Of a stretch of DNA of 64,000 nucleotides, positions 1 through 13,400 are shown in pieces (position 1 is the first letter of the stretch; each line of letters starts with the position of its first letter). Below the pieces are notes generated by a model. It made no database searches. It was not told where the DNA came from and saw only the letters and a list, made by a program, of their open reading frames with translations. The DNA is from Vicugna vicugna (lineage: Eukaryota), in assembly GCA_013265495.1 (NCBI GenBank), contig MU058868.1, forward strand, positions 248,001 through 312,000, in the 5' to 3' direction. Both the position numbers and the translations under genes were made by a program.

Positions 1-19
1 GGCGCTACTCCTTTGTGAG

Positions 20-690
20 CCGTGCGGTTGGAACATGTTTACTCCCAACCACTGCCACATCTCCTTGCTATTTTAAAGAAATGTGTTTTCCCAAAGAACA
101 GAAAAATTTTATTTTGTGTCCGTTAAATTAATTAACCATTTCCTCCATGCCTTATACATTTTTTGTCACATTTATTAAATCTTTCTTGTTCTGGTGTTAT
201 CAAGACGTCCCTTGTATTTTATCAGGTTTTCCTAAGAAACATCAATTCACCATTAGATCCCTTCACAAGTCAGAATCACTGTATTTGGCTGTTACTTTAT
301 AAGACCCGAGTTTTTATTTTCCACAGTGTCCATGGCTGCAGCACCGTCCACTCATCAGCCTGTCACTCCTTTCAGACTTACAGGCCCTGCTCGCAGCAGC
401 CCGACCTGAGTATGCGCCACTTGTGAGTCTAACCACTGCACTTGTAACAACACAACGGATGTTTGAGAAAAACTGACAGAGAATAGGATTTGTTCCCATT
501 CTTATTTTTAAAAACATTGCTGGTAGCTTGGGGTAATTCATACATAAATTTAAGATCAGAATCTGTGGGAACAACGTCAAGACTTTAATTTTTATTGCAA
601 TGAATATAGATTAACTGAGGAGTGACACCACCTTTCTTTTTTCCATTTTTTTTAGATCCCCCCCCCCACCTTAACGGAGGCACTGGGACT
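20..690. mobile_element. Probable hAT DNA-transposon fossil (MER63/BLACKJACK-like)
   Basis: AT-rich island in GC-rich DNA ending in a TIR-like GGAGGCACTG; family assignment is a weak recollection. Confidence 0.3.
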
Positions 691-3600
691 GGACCCAGGA
701 CCTCGTGCACACCATGCAGGCCCTCTACCCCAGAGCTGTCACCCTCCCACCCGATACCACCTTCAAATGTGAACGTGGTTGCACCTCTGCACTTGGTCTA
801 CCCTCACCGTCTTCATCAGTCTGCCGGGAGGGGCAGCATGGGGCGCCCTCCTGCACGACTGGCCTGAGCAGGGGAGTCAGGCCAGGGCCAGGGCACCCAC
901 GCAGGCCGGCTGCCACACACGCTGCCCTTCCTCCATCCTCCAAGTGCGGCCGGTGGGCATCACAGAGGGCAGGAATGGAGTCAGCACCAGAGAGACCAAC
1001 TGTCCCCAAACTGACCATAAACAGACACGATGCAACACTCTCAATGGCCGCATAGGCAGCTCGAAAGCTTCGCTGCAGAGCTCGTCTGAAGACACAGAGG
1101 AGCCAGAGCACCTGGTGTGCTCAGGAAGGAAGGAGGGAAGGAGGCAGGCTAGCCTCCCAGACCAGAGCGCCATGGGGCTGAGGGGCTCACAGGACGAGGC
1201 CGGGCAGCGTCCTCTTGTCGGGGGAGAGAAAGAAAGAGGGAAGAAAAGTCCCCAAAGTGAGGTCCAGGCAGATCCAAGACCCGCACGTGCAACAGCAAAG
1301 CTACCAAAACAAATGCTTACGATGCAGTCAGACACGTGAAACAGACTTCGAATCACGACCGACACGTTCACAGCTCGGGGCACGAGAGGCCTTCCCACGC
1401 TGGAGAGCACAAGGCCAGCCTGTGCTTGACCGAAGCCCAGGACAGAACAAGCAAGCGGAAGACAAGCAGCAGGCGAGGAGCAAGCGGCTGGCACGCTCAC
1501 CCTCTGCAGAAGAGCTGGTCTGCGCAACCTAACACAGGAGCCAGCGAGGAAAAGAAAAGCCCAGCGTGGAAAGAGCGAAGGGCGAGAGCAGGCGAGAGCG
1601 GGCGGCCCGTAGGGCCTGCGAGGTGGGCTTGGTGCTGGGGGGCCAGGCGCTAGGCCCCGAGGAGGCAGCTGGAGCACCCGCACAGGTCGTGGGGGGGGCA
1701 ACACCGAGCGTTCAGACACGGGCCAAGTTGGGAACTGGAGGTGCCTGGTGGAGGAGAAATGACCAAAGACCACAGATGGGGGCTCAGGGCCAGGCCCCAA
1801 GGGAGCCACAGCCACGCAGAGGCTACACAGGCTGGGCTGTGTGTGGGGGGAGAGCCTCCTCAGGCAGACCTCAGGACCCTTGGTCCACACGTCTGCAGCC
1901 GAGGGGCTGGCATGGCCCTGGAGGGTCCCTGTGACCAGTGACGGGCCTGAAGCCGCCCTGGGACTCCACATAGAGGACACCATCGGTGGGCATGGCTGCA
2001 GGGCTCGCCTGAGCCCCGGTGGGGAGGAGAACTTCCCTGTTGTTCCTTTGCTCTTGCTTGCAGTTTGGTAAACTAAAGACCTGGAGCTGCGTCCCCATAT
2101 CCCGAGCCCGTCGGTGTCGGAATGTTTCCACCTGCCAGTATCTTCTTGAGGCCAGAGAACCCCACATCTGGTCTGGGTCCTGCCCTGTGAAGTGCTTTCA
2201 GGGAGGACCGGGTGTCCAGTCTACACCGCCCGGCCTGAGCATCGAGGGAAAGGGCAGGGACAGCCAGAGCCCAGGTGCCAGGGCTGTGGCCGGCCCCAGG
2301 CCTTCTCAGTGGAGAGAGCCAAAAAGGAGCAAACTCACACCATTATTTCTAGACCAACTTCACCAACCCAGGGGCTCACAGGACTTCTCTGATTGCTGGT
2401 ACACGTCCTGGGCAGAAGGCAGTCACACAGAGCCTGACCTCGGGCCCTCAGGCCTGTCTGCAAGGCCTGGGGAGGGCTCCCCTTGGCCCAGTCATGTGAC
2501 ACAGTGTCCAGTGTGGTCACACGTGTGGCAAGCCAGTCCTTCTGCAAGCAAGCACCAGGTGGGCACGTCCGTGGCAGCCCTGACGGGCCCTGGGGGCTGG
2601 GTCTGCAGGGGCTGCCCCGGGCCACGGTGCATCACACCTGTCATCACAGCTCAGCTGGGAATTCAGTACGTCCGTCCGTCTGTCCATGATGCCATGCCTC
2701 TTCCTGAGCTGAGCGTGCCCTCTCTCTGAAAGGACTTGTGGCCCTGAGGATGGCTGTGCGCCAGGTCGGGTGTCCCGGGCGAACTGCAGGCCCGGGGGTA
2801 GTCTGGGACACAGCCATGTCCTCTCCTCTTCTCTCAGGAACCCCGTTCCCAACAAGGACCTGCCCTTGGGTGCGCGTGGTGCCCCGTCACTGTGTGGCCT
2901 GGTCCTGCCGCAGCCCGAGGTGCAATTGGGCTCATTGAGATGCTCACGTGAGTCGCGTGGAGTGTGAAATCAGCTACAGCAGGCATGAGCGGCCACCACC
3001 CCCGCCCTCGTGAGTAGCTGTCCCAAGCAGTTACTCACCAGAACTGCTTTTCGGAACACACGGACATGCAGAACATCCGTGGACGTGCACACGGGGCGGT
3101 CACCACGGTTCTGGAACTCCAGCACCGCACAGACGCAGCCCCGGCATCCACGCTCCGCCCTGCTGGGCCCACTGCAGACACGGCGGGAAAGCACCTCGGC
3201 CTCGCGCTGACTCTCGTTTCTCTAGCCTCAGGCGGCAGACCAGACTCCCTCACAGCCCATTTGTTGTCACTGGGGGCTGCCATTCAGTCGGGTCCACCCC
3301 AAGAACCCACGGCACCCCACGCCCATCCCTGAGGGTGGGCGGCACTCACACGCCAGGCAGCCAGGCATGGAGCCGTCATGCGAGGTCACCTGCTGTGAGA
3401 AGCACTGGCAGGTGACAGATGAGGCTGAGTGGTCACCTCTGCCCGTCCACGCCCCGCCCGGGCCCTGCTGGCTTCCACCCCCAGAACTCGTGCCTCAGGC
3501 TGCACAATGGCTGCCGTCTCCGTAGCCAGCACTCCAGGGAGCCAGCCCCCACAGATGGATAAATGTTTCCTCTGCCCCTTCTGCCAGCCACGAGGCGAGG

Positions 3601-3789
3601 CCTGGGATGCCACCAAGGGCCATATGACGCAGCTGCCCTGCCCTGCTGGACACCCAGCCTGCAGCGGGAAGCAAGGTCCTTCTCGTCAGATAGACCGTGT
3701 AGGAGATAGAGCCTGTGAGAGCCACGGAGCCCACCAACTGCATGACACACACACACGCACGCATGCCCGCACACCAGCCCTCACGTACA

Positions 3790-3809
3790 ACACACACACA
3801 CACACACAC
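3790..3809 (+). repeat. (AC)10 microsatellite within a CA-rich tract (about 3745-3830)
   Basis: Counted directly. Confidence 0.85.
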
Positions 3810-4367
3810 GTACTCGCTCACGTGTGCACATCTGCCTTCGCCTGTGCTGCCAACAGCTATGGACACAAAGCAACCATGGCACAAAGGATGGACAAGGGAA
3901 ATGCAGCCAACAGGTGCCTGTGGGCACTGCAGGACCGTGGGTCTCACAAACGCAGACAAAGTGCCACCCTGGACAAGGTAGGTGGCACTCCTGAGAGCTC
4001 CCTGGTTGAAGCTCAGCAGCACGGTCAGGCAGGCTGTGTGCTGTGGCCCCGGAGGAAGGGGCAGCGCAGACGTGAGGGGTGCCGAGGCCGGGGCCTCCCT
4101 CAAGGAGAGTGACACCGCCAGCGCCTGCACACCCGCTTGCCCACCACACATCCTCCATGGCGGGGGCGGACACGGGGCCACCCCCACCAGCAGCATCAAG
4201 CCCAGCCCCAGGTCTGGGCCCGACAGCTGAGGCCACGCAGGCACTGAGCTCAGCACGCTCACCCGTGGCCGCAAGCATGGGTTCTCCCAACTTTGGAGAC
4301 AGGGCTGTGCCCGGGGCTCGGAAATCTCACTGCGCAGACACCACATGCCTGTACGCCCCTGACTCAC

Positions 4368-4491
4368 TTGGCGACCGACTGGATGACCTTGGAGGAGGTG
4401 TCCTTGATGTTGGTGAAGAGGCGCTCGGTGCCCCCCCGCAGAATGTCCAGGAGCCCGCCGTAGGGTTGGTCGTACTCTGCCACTGCCAGGC
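4368..4491 (-). CDS. GAK: GAK exon 11 (124 nt)
   Basis: LAVAEYDQPYGGLLDILRGGTERLFTNIKDTSSKVIQSVA; ttgcag acceptor, GTGAG donor. Confidence 0.95.
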
Positions 4492-7400
4492 CTGCAAGAG
4501 AGACAGGCTTTGGTGGGCGGGGCACGTCCAAAACCCATAGGCTGCACATCCTGCCACCACCGCCAGCACTCCAGGAGAACTGTCCAGCGCCCGGCACCCC
4601 AGCAAGGGAAGAAACTGGCCGCCATCAGCGGGCTGGAGCCTCTTGGCACACACAGCCCTCCGTCCCCATCTGCAGGATGTTCACTCAGCTCACTCCCAGA
4701 ATCTGCTGGACACCAGCACGGACTCCGGCACTGACAGCCGCATGCCACAGCCCAGCCAGGCAATCAGCTAGTCCCCAAGGTACGGGGACACCGGCAGACA
4801 CAGAGGCCACAGATGATCAGGGAGAGAAGGGTGTGGGAGCGGGGATATGTGGGTGGGTGGTCCCAGCCAGGCACAGAATGGCCACGTGAGCTACAGCTCA
4901 GTCTGCAGGCAGGGGCCTCCTGGCCACAGTCCAGATGTGACCAGAGTGGTGACACCCAAAGGTGGGCCCCGAAATGTCAGGGTCCCCAGGGGTGTGGTCT
5001 GCAGAGGTAGTGATGGTGCTAAAAGTCAGCGTGAAGAGAGGAGGCAGGGCTACACGCATACCCGTGCCACGCGGTCATCTGTGGCCTCTTCAGGGCCTCT
5101 ATGACCAGGCGGCAACAGTGGATGTCAGAGAACTGGGCGGAACCTGACACAAGGGGCCTTCGGGCTGTCAGTCAGCTCTGAGACATGGCTGATGAACCTT
5201 GTGTGTGTGTCCATGCTGGCCCTTCGCAAGGCAGTGACCAGTGGGCCCTGGCCGTGCTGGACCCACAACACATGAACACAGAGCCAGGATATGGGGCCAG
5301 GACTCAGGCTGGCCACCTGCCAAGATGACCCTCCCTGGAAAGGAAGAGCGGCAGGAGGACACGGGGGCTGGACTCACAGCCTGACAGCGAGGTGGCAACG
5401 GCCTGGGGGCACAGGGCAGAGAAGCGCGCCCTGGCACAGCTCTCAGAACCTCTGGGCAGGACGGCAGCACGAAGCTCCAGCCCAGGCCCTCCCAGGACGT
5501 GCTATGTTACACTGGCCCTGGGCAACCAGACCTGCCCTGGCACACGCCACACAATCAGTGCGCAAACCGCTCAGCTAAGGTGACATGCGTCATGAGGAAA
5601 GCCCACCAGCCCCACCTCCTCTCCCTGCCAGAGCCTGCACTTTCAGACCAGCAGAACTGGCCCCTTGGCCCCTGATCTGACCACACGGTTTCCTGGCACC
5701 CCTTATGAGACCCCCAGCCTCGTGCTCGCAGCTGGCCAGCCCTGGAAGGTGGATCCTCACCTGCCTGGGCAGGGGCCACACTTTCCAGTGGCTCGTGGGA
5801 GCCGTTGGCCAAATCAGCCACAGGGGTAGGTGGCAGTGCCCATGGTCACCCCAGACCTGCAAGTCAGGTACCAGGGCTCAGAGGACCAGGGCTGCCCCGA
5901 CCACATGGGGAGGGGCAGCTGGTGCTCGGGCTCTGCCCTCCTTCCCCATCCTAAACCACAGCCTGAAGTTCTGGGGTGCGCGGGAGCCATGGATGTGGGG
6001 CTGGCCCTAAGGACCCTGAAGGTGCAGCCTCGCACCATCAGGCCACAAGGCTCAAGAGCAGGACCTGGGGCCTGCCAATCGCAGGCGCGTGGGGTGCTCA
6101 CCTCCACTGTAGCTGCTGCTTGTGGGGCCCCCAGGAGGGGCCACGTTCCCATAGCCTCCACTCTGCTCCAGGAGCTGCAACGATCAAACACCAGTCAGGG
6201 CACAGTGCACACCGCTTCTCGCTGCGGAGAATCCTCAGACGCCAGCACAGGGCGCCATGCACTTCGGGCACGCGGCCCACATCAACCCTTCTCTCTCCAC
6301 CTGGTTTAAGACAAAATCATGAAGGAACCTCCCACAGGTTGGACAACAGGGCTGACACCTGGGACCAATCAGGCGCACGTTCCCGACATAGGCTGTCTCT
6401 GCTGTCAACAATGCCGCGTGGGGCCCGGTGGTCTGCACCCCAGGCCTGGCCGCAAGCAGGAACGCGGGAGACACAGCCCAAGGCAGGCGCTGGCGGCAGC
6501 CATGACATGAAAACCTTCTTTGGAGCCCCGGGTGTCAGCAGCAGTCTGGAAGCCGGGCTGTAGCCCCCACCCAGCCCACTGGAGTGTCAGCCGCAAACTC
6601 ACTCTGTCGTAAGCAGGCCACAGTTCCCGAGGCTACAATTTTTATCAGATATTCGGAAATCACTTTACGGTTTCCCGTAGGATTTTACGAAATGTTCTCA
6701 TCGGGTTTATGTTTTATCACGTTAAGCCCAAAAAGTGAGATGTATGTGTTACTGATTCTGTGGAGTATGATGAAATGCTGTCTTTCCTTGTGACCAGCAG
6801 GCAGACGTTAATGCTAACGCCCCCTGGGCTCTTAAAGAGAACAGGTTCGCCTGCGGGAGACACGTGTCTACCAGATCGACCGTCTCATTTCACACCAACT
6901 CCCACTTCCGTCTAGCTGTTTCATCAGCTCCTCAAAGGCACACACCTTCTCCCCGCACTGCGCCCCAGCCCCTCGTCCCGCCCTCTCCCTCCCACACACT
7001 CTTCATCCCCATGCCTCAGCCTTCTCCATGCTCCCACCCTTGGGCGCTGCCCACTACAGGTGCTTAATTTCTGCGCCGCAGGTCCCAGACCCTGGGGGTG
7101 CTCAGAGCAGGACACACTCAGGAGCCTGCTGACCAGCGGCCTGCATCCATCTATCGGCACCTCCGCCCGCTGCACACAGCAACCCCGAGCACATGTGCCG
7201 GCTGACCGCCCCAACTGCGCCCCCCGCACCACCACCTGACCCTCTGCTGAGCCCTGGGAGCACACACCCTCTGTAAGATGCCACGGGAGCCCCAGGCCCA
7301 CCCCCATGGTGCTCACTGCCCTCCTAGACCCGAGTCCCACCTGAGCCATGCCCACTTCGCCCCCTCTTCCTCACGTGACAGCTGCTGCCTGACGCGCCAG

Positions 7401-10400
7401 GACTGTCTCCACGTCCTGCCCTGGCCCTGCACCGGTGCCCACGGGGCGCAGAAACACCCTGCGCCCCGGGAGCCCCACCCCCGCTTTACTCCCGACTCCG
7501 GGGACCCCGTCCTCGGGGCTCCTGCCTGCCTGATGGCTGCGAGCCCCTCGAGGGCTGGGTCACCCAACGCTAGGGCAGCATGAAGACTGTGCAACCACCA
7601 GCAACACAGAGGGCCTACCTCAGTGATGGGTGCCTTGGGGTTCACGTTCCGGGCAGCCGCGATCTCCTGGAGCTGGTTCACCAGCTCGCTGATGGACAGA
7701 CGCTCCTCGGGGTTGACCTTGAGGGTGGCGCCTGTGGCAGAGACAGCGCATGCTTGTCCCCAGGCCACTGGAGCCGGGGTCCCGAGTGGGCGAGCAGCAT
7801 GGCTGGCTTTGCAGGGGCTATGGACCCCCGAGGCCCTGAGCTTTGCTTTCGTTACCGGTTTTACAAGCAAGCAGGTGTGATGGAACAAAATCACCAAAAC
7901 CAACCACTCGGGGCTGAGCAGGGCAGCTGCCTGGACCTGCCAGGAGGCATGCCCTGCAGGCCCTGCACACGACTTACGGATGAGGTCATGGAACACGGAG
8001 TAGCGTGTATCGCCGGCAGGGATGGAGTACTTCCCGTTGACTATGCGGAGCTTCGCTCCATCCTCGAAGGGGTGCTGCCGGAAGCACAGCAGGTACAGGA
8101 TGCAGCCCAGGGCCTGCAGGGAACAGGGCGAGGGGCGGTCACAGCCAGGCCCCCTGGCATGACCAAGGCTCCCCCTCGTCTGGCCGCGTCCACCCACGCC
8201 AGCCACTGCTCATCAAGGTCAGAGCAGTCAACAAACACCGAACTCTTGTTTTCTGATAAAAAAATCCTTTCGAAACGGAAAGCTCCCACGGTCATGTGTG
8301 GGGATCTGCGGGCCGGGCAACCACGAGGAGATGCCCGGCCGCGCTCCTCAGTGTTAAGAAGATGCAGGACAGGGCACACCCAGGGCAGGTTGGGGCTCCA
8401 CAGAACTGGCCCTGAACCCAGACGTGTCTTCTCCCGGCTTCTCCTATCCCAGCACCTGGCCACGGGGGATGCTGGAGGCACCGGAGCCCACCCTGCATCT
8501 CAGGCTGAGCAGCACATGCTGGGCCCAGACAGGCCAAGCCCGAAGTGCACGGTTCCAGGTCCACCTTTCACTGCCGTGTGTGCGCGTGCGCCCTCACCAG
8601 GGGCAGGCTGACGGCGTCCACTTGGAGCCAACCAGCTCACATCTTAGTCTCCATCTACTCCCAGGACGGGGACTCTCACGTTCACGGTGGGGCTGGCACT
8701 GGACATGGCCCCGTCGGGCCTAGACCATGAGCCCCGAGGTGCGGGGATTCAGGGTCACCTGTCCCTGCTCTTAGGGACACTGGGGAGGCTGCAAGACCCC
8801 CAGACGGGGAGGGGAAGCACTGTGTGCTCAGCACTGTGCTCCCCAAGCTCTGTGCTCTGACGCTGAACAGAGGCGGAGCAGACATCACCCTCACCCCACG
8901 TTGGCATTGCTGGGACATGTCCCAGGAGAGGGGCAGGGAAAGGTTGCCCCAGCGTCCGGCCCAGCCTCTCTGAGATCTCTTCCCAAGGCATTGGGCTTAG
9001 CCCTCGCTTTGGCTACGCCCAGGTCAGCTTAAGCTGCAAGGCCGCTTGGGATGTCTGGCATCTGGCCCTGTGGCCAGTGGCTTTGTGACCCTCCAGCCCC
9101 CTGAGAGGCTCCAACCAGGAGAGCAGACATTCTTGGGCCAGGACTTCTGCCCACACTGCCTCGCGCTGACCCCCAACCCAGCTCCTAGCCAGCTAGGCTC
9201 CGCCAACAGCAGTCACAAGTGCCACTAAAAAAGACTAAGGAAAAGGAGGAGGAAAAGAAAGGAGGAAGCCAAGGGGACAGCAGATGGAGGCTGCACCCCA
9301 GGGCCTCACGCCAGCCCTCCCCCGCGCAGGGCTGCCCCGGCTCCGCGGGCGAGCAGCCTCACCCAGACGTCCTGTTTCTCGCCGATCGGGAAGTTGGAGT
9401 ACAAGTCCACAATCTCCGGTGTCCGGTACATGGGGGTCGTGTTCCTGGTGATCTGAAGGGAGGACACAGACACGTCAAAGGGAAAGCCACGTGCAAGCAA
9501 CACCAGTTACGCAGCACCGCGGTCCCGCGCCAGTCCGGAGACCAGGCCCAGGGTGGCACGGTGAGCCAGGCGTGCAAGCCGGCTCGGCGCCTGTGAAGGC
9601 AGCGGTGTCCTTGAAGGAGCTTCCCAACAAGCCCCTCTCGACAGAGAAACCCCTGACGGAAACGCACGGAAGCCAAACCCGCCTGCTGCCGCAGGGCTTC
9701 CATGGAACGCCCGCCACCCACGCCTGCAGGACGCCCAGCCACGACCAAGCGCGCCTGACAGACGGCAGACACACTGGCCCAGGCAGAGGAAGGGGACAGG
9801 CCCGGGCGAGCAGGGGCCACTGCTCCCCACGGCAACATGCGCTTTGCAAGAGAAAGCACGCGGGATGCCAGCCCCTCGCCGACACGTGCCTGCATGGACA
9901 GAGGTGTACAAGAGCCCAGAGCAGCCCACCACAACCGGCCCCCGCTGGGCAGGGCAGGCTCCCGTGAGCACCAGGAGCACGCGGGCGACACACCTCCACT
10001 GAGCAGCTGTACGTATGGCCCGAACCTTTCAACCCAGCGATCACGCTTCCAGGATCGCGCCCTGAACACACGTCCTGACACGCAGGAAACTGTCCTCTGC
10101 AGCGGTGATGCTGCACACAGCCGACGTCCCAGACGGTGCCACACGGAGACGCGTGCACACGAAGGGACAAAGACGGTCCCACTCAACTCAGCACTGACTC
10201 AGAAGAGAGAAAGCAGACAGAAGGCACGAGAGCGGACACATCTGCCTGCTCCTCAGGAGAAGGAAACTCGGAAGGTGAAGCAGGACGCAGCGAGGGCGAC
10301 TGGGGGACATGGGCAGGGGATGCGGGCCAGGCTCTGCCTGCATATCAGTTCTTCGGGGAACCCGAAACCGCTCGCAAGATAGAGTCTGTTAACTTGAAAA

Positions 10401-13400
10401 TAAGATAAAAGATACAAGATAAATAAACCCAGATGTGTTTCGGTCGAGCAGCCTAACAGACCCACCCTGGGTCTGGGCCGCACACGAGGCCGTGAAAAGA
10501 ACCACAGGCAAACCCTGAGCTCTTCTGAGAGGTTTGGTTTTCCTAGCGACCCTGGAGCTCCCAGCTCCAGCACAGGCTGCAGCGGGGCCAGGCTCCCGCT
10601 GGGACGGACATGCACGCAGGGTGGGGCGGGGGGTCAGGCATGAGTGTTCCTGAGGGCAGGGGATCTCCGCGCCATTCACGCACAGGCCCTGCCCCCACAC
10701 AGAGGGCAGCGCTCCTGCAGGATCAGGGACGACGAGGTGGGCCAGGTAGGTGCATCCTGCCGCTGCAGAAAAGAGGTAAACACTCCAAAGCGACGATGTC
10801 AAGGAATACAGGAACCAGCACGAAGCACACCCACACATTTCAGCACCAAAATAACCACTGAGCCGCAGAGGCCCGAGCAACGAAGAACCATATCCACCAG
10901 GCCCCGCGAACAACAGGCAAGGCGCAGGGTTCCGGTCCCTGGGCACGGCAGGCGTGGAGCAGCCGTGGTGGTCACGCAGCCGCAGAGCAAGACACTACAC
11001 CTTGGCCTCGAGGTCAGAGTGACCAGTCCCTGATACGCGGTGCACTCGATGGTGGGGGTCTGTTCAGGGGACACGACTCAGAGCCCCGCGAGGTGATCAC
11101 AAAACCAGGTCTTCCTGGGCCCCAGCCCGGCCCCAGCATGCCCGGCCAAGGCCTCCTTTCACCCCCATCCCTGCCAGCCAACCTGAGGAGAACGCGGTTT
11201 GCAGCACTGAGACGTGGGCACTTTGCTGGGACCGACTTTCCTATAAATGCTTCCGACAGGGCAGGTCCCGAGGGACAGACAGACAGAGCAAGCACAGGCT
11301 CGCACCCCAGCCTCCGGGAACAGGGCACCGCCTATAGCAGAATCACTCGTCTCCGCACTCCTTTTCGGAACATGTCTTCCCCGGGACCCCTGCCCTCTCC
11401 GCTCATTGCTGTTTTTCTGTCTCACATGGTTTTGACTGTGCAGTTTCTGCGGCCGTTTACCGAAGTCCAAGTTAGCAGCAGGAGGGTGCAGTGGCGAGTG
11501 TGTGGACAGCGCCCACCCTCCCGGACGATCCCGACACCAGGGTGTGTCTGCTCCCACTCAGTGCTGCTTTCCACGCACACGTGCTCCGAGCACACCCTCC
11601 AAACCTCCTTTGGGGTCACCTGTGGGAGCTGCCAAATCTCCTTGAAGTTATATTTTTTAATGATTTATTTTAAACGAAAGTTCTGGAGACGGATGGTGGG
11701 ACAGTTGCACAAGGATGTGAACGTACTTAACGCCAGTGAACTGCAAGCTTAAAAATGGTTAAGACAGTAAATTTTATGTTATGTGCTTTACTACAACAAA
11801 AAAAGGTGCACAAAAAAAAAAAAAGCCATAGGACACTCAGAGGCAAGTCTGGGATGAGAACAGTGATGGAGACACAGGGTTTGGTGTCCCGGTAGCCCGC
11901 CAGCCCGGCCAGCCCAGCAACCCTGCTCACCTCCTCCTCCACGAGGGCCCGCCGCTGGGCACTCCAGCTGTAGTCGGGGTAGTGGGATATGGTCGTGGCA
12001 CTGCCAAAGTCACACAGCTTAATGGTCCCCTGGTTACTGAGTAGTAAGTTTTCAACCTGCAAAATTCCAGAAGACAGTCTTCGTGAGCTTGGGGAGCAAG
12101 CTGGACCGTGGAAAAACACCCAGGGCTCCAGCACAGGGCAGGGTGCCCCGAGGGGAGGGGCTCAGAGGGTAGAGTAGCCGGCGTTTTCCTGGGCAAACAG
12201 GAAACCTCTCTGATCAAAACTGGTATATGTACCTTTAAAATGAGGACTTCAGAAAAATAAAAGCTAAAACCAACCACAAATCAAAGAAAGATAAACTAAT
12301 AAGGTGGTATCTACAATGAAAGCCTTCATAAACCTCAGAAGGCGAAAAAAACACCACTTGAAATCATCAAGTGCACCCATAACAGGAAGGTATCCAACAA
12401 CAGACACACAGAAGACCCCCTGTTCAGAAATGAGCTGTGATGAATTTAAAAATCCACAATGAAGAGGGAGCGAGACTGTATTCCTAAGAGGAAAGACACA
12501 AGCCCGCCCCAACGCCCTGGAAGCCAGCCCAGCACTGTGGCCTCCGCAGGCCCACACTCAGAATGGCTTTTATTTTTTAAACAGAAAAAAAAAGAAGAAT
12601 CAAAAGACCAGTGTTTCAAGACACAGTGGGGGAGCAGTTCTGCTGACCCGGCCACGCCTGCTCAACCAGACAGCCTGTGGCTGCTTCTGAGCCGCTCGGT
12701 CGGGAGATTTGAGGCAACTTCAGCCAGATTCCCAAAACTTTTCTGGGTGGGAGCTGACAAACTGATCCAAAATTTACAGGCAGACCTCATGTTCCTGAGC
12801 CTTTCATATACAGAGGTCGCAGCAGCCCAGCCTCGAGAGTCTGTCGGCACCGTTTCTCCAACAGCACCACGCACTTTCTGTCTCCACGTCACGCTCTGGA
12901 AAATCTTGCAATATTTCAAACTTTGTCACCATCACTGTACTTGTTGTGTTGTCTGTGACCAGTGACCTGTGATGTCACTGCTGCGACTCACTGAAGGCGC
13001 GGACGACGGTCAGCACTTTTAGCAATACGGTATCTTCTCACTGAAGTACAGACGCTGTTCCTTAGACACAGGCCATTGCCCACTAACAAAGCACAGCACC
13101 ATGTGAACGCAACTTCCAGAGGCACCGGGAGACAGACGCCACGGGACTCACTCTGCTGCTGCATCTGCTTTACTGGTCTGGATAGAATGCGCAGCATCAC
13201 CAAGATGCCTGCGTGTGGAGACACCAAGGGCCAAAAAGAGCCACACGGTCCCAGAGAACCAGACGTAAGCCCGCCGTGAAGCCATGGTACAGAAGGCAGA
13301 GAGAGGCTGCCTAGGACCCCCAACGATGCACCCAGGAAGACCTGCCCCCCACGCGCGAAGGAACGACCGAGTGAGAATGCAGCGGGGGGAGCGAGGTCTG

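Noticed and set aside
877-4763. Long intronic ORFs (368 aa at 877-1983, 422 aa at 3495-4763, 236 aa at 2019-2729)
   Set aside because: No family motifs and non-ATG or weak starts; one crosses a CA microsatellite and GAK exon 11 out of frame; GC artefacts.
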